This document shows positions 54,601-64,000 of a stretch of 64,000 nucleotides of DNA, piece after piece. The position numbers were made by a program, and so were the translations under genes. How positions within the stretch are numbered: the first letter of the stretch is position 1; each line of letters starts with the position of its first letter. The stretch lies in contig JAAOMT010000034.1 of the NCBI GenBank assembly GCA_016748015.1, forward strand, positions 496,001 through 560,000. Reading direction: 5' to 3'. Below the pieces are notes generated by a model. That model was not told the DNA's origin. It searched no databases and was given only the letters and a program-made list of their open reading frames with translations. The stretch comes from Geosiphon pyriformis uo1 (taxonomy: Eukaryota > Fungi > Glomeromycota).

Positions 54601-57600
54601 CAAAACCAAAAAATTGTCACCACGAAAAACATTATAAGTGCTGCATGCTAAAGAAATTTTGTCTGAGAGTATTTTGGAAAGAATCTTGTAAGCCATCTTA
54701 ATTAGTGCAATAGGATGAATATTTGTAAGAACACCCTCCCATTCATATGGTTTGGGAATTATTGAAACCCAAGCTTCTCTTCAGGGACCAGAGACAGATT
54801 CTTTAGATAAGCAAGAGTTCAAAAGCACCAAGAGCATATTAAGGACCAAAATATTGCAATGTTTTCAAAGCTCATTTAAGATATCTGAAAGCCCAGCAGC
54901 TTTGCCATCCGGCAGGTTAGAGACAACCCCAAACAGTTCATCAAAGTCGATCAAACCCATCACACCAGAAAAAGCTTCATCGAAAACATAACCTAGAGGA
55001 TGATACTGGCAAGACCACTCATCATTAACGTTGAGCACCACTCTTCACTTTCTAGTCCAACCTTCCATAATCTCATCCACCTTAGACTTTACTAAAGCAG
55101 GATCCAACACCAGCTCATTTCTCACCACCAAATGGTTCAAAACCACCTTGCGGAAGGGTCGCTCCAAAACATTATGTACAGTATGACCTTTGTTCAACTC
55201 AAAACTCTCCATTTTTTTGTCAATTGCTGACTTGATCTGAGATTCTTTGGCATGGTTTGATTCTGACAACTTAGATGAATGGTAGGATTTCCTGATCTTG
55301 GCCAAAGCTGAACGAATGGTATCAAAATGGGAACCCAAAAGAAAGAAAGAATCCACAATAGAAGCATTAGCAGGATCAATTTCTTTCCATGTATCAAGTA
55401 GAGAAGCAAACTCCTCATGAGAGACCAGACGAGAGGCTTTGACAATCTTCAACACCAAAAGTTTTAATTTGTGAAATCTGGATGATACTTTGTTATAGAC
55501 ACTATTGAAACCTTTAAACCACTTTTTTTTGAAAACATTCTCAGCCAACAAACACACCACTTGGCAAAGGTGACCCCACATTGTGTCCAGATCCAGACTC
55601 ATCTTGGCAGCATAAAATTCATCATGGAACATGACAGCATTCACCGATGTATCCTCTTTAAACTTGATTCATTCAGCATTACCAGCATCTACAAAATTGT
55701 ACTTCTAATGATCCTTATTTGCTTGTTTGCACAATGTGTTCAACTGCGCATTCAGCAAACCACCAAGACCCATAGAAACAGAAACAGCTTTATGATCAGT
55801 ATCAAAATACTCTTCAATACCAGACACATCACAATTCAGAATTGTATTAACTAGACTCAATAACACAAACACATAATCAATAATTTTAGCCACTCCATGA
55901 GAATTGGCCCACATAGCTTTCTTTCCAAACAAGCTTCTACTCAAGAAGTTGAAACATTTTCTGAAGCTGGCACTTTTGTGAGAACCATCTTCATTGAAAT
56001 CCCCACCCAAGATAACAAAAAAAGACTCATTTACTGCTCTCACAATCAAAGAATTAATATCATTCGCCTGAGAGAAATGTACTGCCAAAGATGATCCAGC
56101 ATACAGCCCCAAAACTGACACAGACAGTTTATTTTTGAAAAGAAGCTTGATAGAAAAAAACTGGCCAGGAATGTCTGAAATCTTACACACATGCCGAGCC
56201 AAAAAATCGTTCATAATGATTGTGACCCCAGAACCCATGTGACCAGAATTCAAACCAGAAGTAAAAACCCGAACACCAACAAACTTGTTCATGATCCAAG
56301 GGCAAATCCCATCTTTCAACTTAGTCTCGGTAACAATTGAAATCATATTGTTCATTTCTTTATGCCAACAAATAATATCTTCCTGTTTTGCAGGATTGTT
56401 CATTCCCCTAACATTGCACATGGCAATTTTCCAAATATAACTGGTCATTGAAACGAGAAGAGGACCAGAGAACCCGAACCAGCACACATCTGCTTTAACT
56501 TCACTAAAATCGAGCCAATGGAGGCATCGAGGGCAGCCAACTTCGACTCTAAAACACCAATTTTAGAAGTTAGCACCTTAGAACTGCTTAGACCCAATTG
56601 AGAATTGTCATTGCCAGAAGAGAGAGAAATAGGCTGAATCAAAAGAACATCTAACACCATGTTAGAACCCAAGTCAGAGTCATCAACCATAAGAGAATCA
56701 GAGATGAATGGCTGAAGAGTACCCACAGAAGGAATCACACTAGAAGGAGGAGCTGAAGGCACCAAACTGAGATTGTCAAGACAAAGAAGAATGTTCGAAA
56801 TTTGATCAGATAAAAGCTCTACAGAGTGTTCCAGACATGTCAAACATGTACTCAAGGGGGAATTAACCATAGAAAAAGGGGAAAGGGTACCACCAGAACT
56901 TGAAGCACTAAAGGACAGAGAACCAAAACCAAAGCCATCACGAGAACCATAAAAGACTGAAGCAATTGAGACCACTTGGGCCCAGGATTTGCCTCCAAAA
57001 GCAACAGGACAAGAAATCGGAACCTTTTTTTTAGCATATAATTTGGCCAGCTGGAGATGAGTATTCAAGTTAGCAGGCTTTTTAAACGACTTGGATGACT
57101 AAGAAGCTGATGCAACCTCAGCATTACATTCCAAGACAGAATGACCAAATTTCCCACACTATTTACAGCAAACTAAATCCAACCTAGCCCATGAGAGTTT
57201 CACACTACCAAAGATTGGCTTCATGTGAAAAGCTGACTTCATAGTTTCATCAGATTCAAAACAGACTATAGCACAGCGAGTTCTATTGCCAGTCTTCAAT
57301 AAACAATTGATGACACAAGTTTTCTCACTGGCCCCTTCCAAAAGAGTCCCAAGATCATGAGCTGTCATTCCTACTGGCAATGTGAACAGAAGTGCACTGA
57401 ATTGATCCCTAAAAGCCCATGTCTTATGATCTCCCACAGCTTTTGCCATATGCACAGAATCTTTCCCAATTAAGAAAAACCATTTTGAAGCCAATTGCTC
57501 TGCCTGTTTCAGTTCGGCGAATTCCACCACAGCTTTCTGCCACATGCCAATTAGCTGAATTTTGATTGATTTAATTTCTCCAAATTCAGACATTGCGACA

Positions 57601-58437
57601 ACGATCATATCCTTTAGCATGTCCATAGGAATTTTTTTGATCACCACAGCCTGATCTGATCTAATTCCTTGTCTCTTAAGATTGCTGTTTACTATGATGT
57701 CATTTTCTCTGGCCAATGAGACAGCCTTTTCCATGCTTGTTTCAGAGGTGAAGGTAGATCTGATAATCCCTTCGAATTTTGAGGGGGTAGTGGCCCCTCC
57801 AAAACCATTGATTCTTGAAAATAATTTTCTTATGGCATAAGTTTTGGCCGTTGCCGATTTTTCTTTCACAGCCAAAAGATTGATGTCCAAAGCAAAAGAT
57901 TTTTTTACAGCCACTTCCACCTGAGTTTTAATGATTTTGGGATCAATTCACACCTTATCCAAAGAAAAAAACTTATGAGGGGGAAGAAAAACCTCCTCTT
58001 TCTCCTCCATGTCAAAATTAATAAAGCCAAGAGGGGAGCCAACAATTGCACCATTATTGAAACGCTTGGCTTGGGGTGTATTCATCTTGGAATCAGATAC
58101 TCCTTCACCTTTGGAAGCCTTCTCATCAGTATCCATGCTATTAAACTGCCCAACCACTTAATCAGATCCACTATCTTTGAAAGCCACACCATTATTTGAT
58201 AGCTTAGCACCACCAGGAGGTTTCTTGACCTTATGACTTGAACCACTACTAACTGAACCAGAAGTTGGAACTCTGGACAACCTTTTTTTAGCACCAGTAC
58301 CACTCATGAGAGCAGCCAGGTCAACAACAAAAGGATTTGTTTCTTGTAAAGTGATGGAAGACAGTATGAAATAGCAGAAAAAACTTTTTTCAAAATACGC
58401 TTTTTGAGGATTTTAGGAGATAAGAAAGAAAGAAGTT
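51672..58437 (-). mobile_element. Full-length LINE copy B (ORF1 56445-58307, ORF2 51805-56448), inactivated
   Basis: MTSYIWKIAMCNVRGMN, GGDFNE and DHKAV (APE); FVDDT (RT); VYTDGS, ELQAI and GNEHAN (RNase H); 5' motif shared with copy A. Confidence 0.93.
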
Positions 58438-58439
58438 TT

Positions 58440-59365
58440 TTAATTATTAATATAATTACTATTATTATAAAAACTTTTAATAACTAATTAATAATAAAGT
58501 TATTTTTTTATTATCTTTTTTATATCTGTTTAAATAATTTTTTAAGGTTTTTTTTTATAAAAAATAAAATATTGGTTTTATTCAATTTTTTGGTATTTAT
58601 ACTAGTTTTATAATAATTATATTATTTATTTATTAAAACTAGCTTTAATAAATACTTGGTTAAATTATTTAATATATTAAATTTTAGTTAATTATTATTA
58701 ATTTTAAATATAAAATAAATTATATTTTTGCATAAAATTTATATAATTAACTTATTAAATTACTTAATTTTAAAAATTAAATTAATTAAATCAAAACCAA
58801 ATCATGTTTTTTTCTGTTTTTTAATATTATTATTAATTTTAATAGTGGTTAATAAAATTACAAAAATTAAAATAGTTTATATTAAAACTGTATTTTAGTT
58901 TTTGTATAATTTTTAAATTTAAAATTAATTATTAAAGAAAATATTAGATTTTTTTATATAAAGTTTGTATTTTAAATTTTTTTAAATATTATTATATAAA
59001 TTAAATTTATTAAATTACTTTTTATTTTATAATTACAAAAATTTCTGTGGTTTTTATGTTTAATTTTGTTATAATTTTTAATATTTTTTATAATATTTTT
59101 TTTAAATTACTATAAATAATATTAGATTCGAAAATAGTAATCAGCTTACTTATTTAAAATATTAATTGAAAATACATAGCATTAGTATAGTATCTTAATT
59201 TACACATGTTATTTGGCTTTATAAATAAATTTTTAGCTAAATTATAAACTTATATAATAAAAACTACTTATTAAAACTACTAATAATAGTTAAAAAATAA
59301 ATTTATAACAAGTTTTATTTGGTGTTTAATGTTTATACTATATTAAAATAAAATTTTCAAATCAT
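58440..59365. repeat. AT-rich desert between LINE copies
   Basis: G/C nearly absent; no ORF. Confidence 0.45.
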
Positions 59366-59366
59366 G

Positions 59367-62300
59367 TTTTTTTTTTTTTTTTTACTATTTAATAAATGAA
59401 GTCCAAACACTACCTAGTGCAATACATTATTCAAATGATCTAAACTAGACATGAATTATGCTCTTACTACACGTGACCAGTCACTCAGACCAGTCAAGAC
59501 TACACTAGACATCTATATGAACCAAAACCTTGTCACAAGTACTAAAAAAAAACAAACAAGACTTATGAAACCTAAAACTGATGCCAAATGCTTCAGCAAC
59601 TCCCAACAACCTAACAACACCAGACAAAAGCAGCTCAGAAAAACCAGAAACAGAGACAGGAATGGAGCCATCATGTGGAATTAGCTCATTCTTTTCCATA
59701 ACAGCACAGTGTTTCATACGGACCAGCCAAATATCATTCCAGAATGCAATACAAAAATTGTGCATAAAGTTCATTACATTAGTAGCTGCCACCTTAAGGT
59801 CCTTAAAAGTGGAAACAGATTCCTGATACCAATTCCTGAAAATGAAACTCTTGCACAAAGCTGCACCAGTCACAATATTAGATGTGCAAGTAGACAACAA
59901 CTGTGAAACACAAGAGGAGGAATAAGATAAACCAGCACAGGTCTTTCAAGTCACCACAAAAGTATTAATCAAATGAGAACAACCAGCAGCATCAAAGAAG
60001 CAGGAAAAGATGTAATCAAAAACCTTGACATCATCACAGAATAAACACGTCATGCTGGGATAATGTCTATTATACAGACGCTTACACATAGCCACAGAAA
60101 GTCAGTGGTGCAAAGCCTTCATAAAGTAAGTCTAAAGGCCAGCCATTTGTGCACTAGTGAAACCAGCAGCCATGTAGGAATTGGGATGCCACACCAAAAA
60201 AGATCTGGACCAATCAATATCACTATGTAAACCACCAACCACAACCCAGGAACCAGAGCCAATCTCCCAATGCATTTGGTTAACAGACTGAAAAACATTA
60301 CAAACAAAGTGTCTCAAATTACCAAAAACCACAGAACCACCACCTCTTAGAAAATGCTCACTGATCCTATGAGGTAGCCACCAAGAAGAGAAAGCTGCCA
60401 CCTTAGCAAGTGCATCAGCTTGCTCATTGCCTGAGACACTTGAATGATCCTTAATTTTGACCCAATTTACATTCAAATTCTTATTCCAAATAACATTAGC
60501 AATGTGGTGACGCTCAATCCAACACCAATTTCTGAAATCAGGACAAATCAACGAAGATTCAGACTCACATGCATCCAAACCCACTTGGCTGTCTGAGAAT
60601 AAGTCAACCAAATGAAAAGGAAGAATACACTCAAGTGCCAAAGCAATGGCCTGTAATTCCACCAGTGACAAGAAAACTATGCCAGACACCCTTACACCCA
60701 AACCCAAATAAATGTCCTCAAAAAAAGCAGCAGCACCAGCCTTCATACTAATAGTACCCAAACTGCTTAGAGACCTATTTGTATATACAAAAAGACTAAC
60801 AGCAGCATTAGTGTTTAGCAGAGCATTACAAACAACACCAAAATCATGTGATTGAAGAACATCAAAAAGAGCATGACTATCCACGAAGAGAAGACAAACA
60901 GAAGAAAAAGAAACAACACTACTGAGAAATTGCACAGAAAGATCAAACCAGAAAGGAATTGGGCCATGGGGGTCTAGTCTTTTCCAGCATTTGAAGGTAT
61001 TCCAACTAAAAATGGCACTGGCCCAGTCACATAACTGCTCTATGAAAGCAACACTATAATGGCAAAGTGAGGAAACATACTTAAAAAAGCAATGCTCACC
61101 AAGAACAAAAGACATAGAAAAACCACCACGAAAACAAAAAGCGCTAGGAAAAGAACCACCAAGAGACAAATCACATCTAGAAAGGATACGGACCACTTCA
61201 GCCAAAAAATTGTTTGTAGGACAGACCTTAATATGAACTGGAAATTGCAAAAGATGATGGGGATGCCAACTGAGAACCTGAAGGTCATGAAACCTGTGAG
61301 AAAATAAGTGACCCAATAACCCAACAGAATTTACAAAGGAAACAACAGAAGCCGATTTGCTCTCAGTCTGAATTTGTTCAAAAGTTCTCAGACCATACAA
61401 AGAGAGATAATGGAGTGCATTATTGGGGAAGTCGAGCAGAAAGCCAGTCTTAGACTTCAAGCCTTTGCAAATCATGGCATCTTACTTATTGCACACACTC
61501 AAAGGAACATAACTGAACTGCATTCTGTAGCAGACAATCAGAAAGAGTACAGCAGACACCAAATACACAAACTGTTTATCTGAAACCACTTTTTTCAAAA
61601 CAAGATTAGCAAAAAACCAAACATCTAAGTAAACTTTGACCAGGCTAGGCCTCGACAATTCCTCAGTTAACAAAAAAATACCCAGATAATGATGACATTC
61701 CTCTTTCTTGGCAATGGAAATAGGTGAGCCACTAATAGTCAGATAAGGGTTTGCAATCCAGCAGTTGATAGAAATGGCCACTGTCTTGTCATTATTTATT
61801 GAAATGTTATTAAACCTAAAAAACTCACTAGCAACATCAAGGATGTATTATATAGCAGCCTGACTGCTACCAACCCAAATCATATTGTTAACAAAAGTAC
61901 TGGTGGCAAAAAATAATGTCAACCCAGCTTGAGGATCTACTCAGCCAGTTTTGGATATAAAATGGGAATTCAATCTGTATCTATACACATGCTTCTGCCT
62001 CTTGACTTCACACAAAAACAAATCATAGAAAATGTACCAAAAAAAAGGTGAGAAAACTTCTCCTTGGTCCAATCTATTATGAACATAATACCCATTAGTC
62101 AAGCCGAAATCTGTCATCACCCTATTGATGTGCTTATTGTGAATACTACCAAAAAACCTTATAAACTTGTTACACATTTTAATTCTGACCAAACTCCTCC
62201 TGAGATGTTCCCAACCAACCAAGTCATAAGCTTTGTGCATGTCCTGCAAAACCAACCAGAGTTTCCAGTTTTTCTCTAAGGCATCTTTAATAACAGAACC

Positions 62301-64000
62301 AATGGCAAAAATGGGGGACTGTGTTGTCATATCTTTTAAAACAGAAAAATTGTCCCCACAAAGAACATCAAACGTACTGCAAGCTGAGGAAATTTTATCC
62401 AAAAAGATCTTGAAAAAAATCTTGTGAGCTGTTTCGATCAAAGCAATAGAATGGGTGTTCATAAGAACTTCCTCCCATTTATAAGGTTTTGGGATCATCA
62501 AGACCCAAGCTTCCCTCCAAGGTTCAGGAACCAATTCACCAACCAAGCAAAAGTTTAAAAGCACCAAAAGCATATCTAAAACTGACTTGTCACATCATTT
62601 CCACAATTCATTAGAGATACCAGAAAGTCCAGCAGCTTTCCCATTAGGAAGCTCTTTGACAATGGCAGACATCTCATCAAAACCAATAGGACACATAACC
62701 CCAGAAAAAGCACTATCAAACACATAATCCAGAGACTGATATTGGCAGACCCAATTGTTGGAAACGTCAGACACCATTCTGCATTTCTTGGTCTACCCTT
62801 CCATGATCTCATCCACTTTAGGCTTGACCAAATTAGGTTCCAAAATCAACTCATTTCCTACAACAAGATGATCTAAGACCACTTTGCAGAAAGAATGCTC
62901 CAACACACTCTTGATGGTGTGGCCTTTGTCCAGCTCAAAACTCTTTATTCTTTTATTAATGGCTTGCTTGATAGATGATTCCTCAGTGCATTTGGATTCC
63001 AACAACTTAGAAAAGTGATACAACTTTCTTGCTTTGGTTAGTATAGAGCAAATAACATCAAAATTAGAACCTAAAAGTAAAAGGGACTTTACTGCCAATG
63101 CACCAGTGAAATCGAGTCTGTCCCACACCTCAAGCAAAGAAACAAAATCATTACTAGAAACTGAACATGAGGCTTTGACCAATTTAGATACCAGCAATTC
63201 CAGCTTATGAAACCTGGAAGATATCTTGGTAAAAACACCATTAAAACTCTTAAACCACTTTTTCTTGAACATTTCATCTGCTAAAAGAACCATAATCTTG
63301 CAAATAATGTCTCACATGGCATCCAAATCCAAAAATCCACTGGCCAAAAAGAACTCATTTGAAAACATCGCAGCATTGGCCACTGTAGACACTCAAAACT
63401 CACACTATTTAGTACTATCTGCATTTTTGACATCAAATTTCCAATGATCCTTATTTGCTTGTTTGCGCAATGAAATCAGACAAACATCAAGCAAGCCACC
63501 CAAATCTACAGAGACAGAAACAGCCTTGTGGTCAGTATCAAAATGGTCTACAACATCAGCCACACCATGATCCACAATTGCATTAACCAGATTTGAAGAG
63601 ACAAATAAATAATCAATTGTTTTTAATACACCATAAGAATTACTCCAAGTAGATGCCTTCACAACAAAACTCCCATTTAGAGAATTCACCAAACTTAAAT
63701 CAAAGCATTTTTTATAATTAGCACACCTACAAGACCCATTCTCATTAAAATCACCACCAAGAATAATGAAAGATGAATCATTCACAGCCTTGGCAATTAG
63801 AAAGTTGACGTTACCAGCTTGAGAAAATCTGACTGCTGAAGAGGCACCAGTATAAAGCCCCAAAATTGAAACTGAAAGCTTGTTTCTGAAAAGCAGCCTG
63901 ATAGAGATAAGCCAGCCAGGCACCTCAGAAACCTTGCAAACATGTTTTGTCAAAGAATTGTTTATGACAACAGCCACACCAGCACTCAAATAATCAGAAT
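59367..64000 (-). mobile_element. LINE copy C (ORF2 from APE to the 3' end; 5' part lies beyond the window)
   Basis: GGDFNE, DTDHKAV, LQDMHKAYD, ELQAI, FSDSQ and GNEQAD; conserved 3' UTR; T-run at ~59367-59383. Confidence 0.92.

Overview
Eukaryotic, intron-rich fungal DNA. Gene style, a U12 intron and the transposon families point to an early-diverging fungus, most likely Glomeromycota (Geosiphon-like); this taxonomy is inference only. Three compact islands of housekeeping genes are present: (1) an ACBP-domain membrane protein (partial), AIP1/WDR1, a cytochrome-b5-fused delta-6 desaturase and MRI1; (2) MLH1, IDI1 and LPD1; (3) FRS2. They are separated by transposon blocks: RNase-H-bearing LINEs (two full-length, one running off the window, three 3' fragments) and a three-level nest of dUTPase-bearing Ty3/Gypsy elements, all degraded by G/C-to-A/T transitions that grade into near-pure AT deserts. 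The main leads are: (i) a ~440-nt strongly structured RNA inside the oversized last intron of AIP1, with a telomerase-RNA-like domain layout and an Sm-like site next to a cryptic splice donor; (ii) a Ty3/Gypsy lineage whose integrase appears to be a separate ORF, with dUTPase, a Cys-rich insert and a conserved non-env ORF3; (iii) RIP-like hypermutation visible as a time series; (iv) a conserved AUGA stop-start ORF1/ORF2 junction and a structured 3' UTR in the LINEs. All alignments and folds were done by hand, and boundaries in AT-rich regions are approximate.
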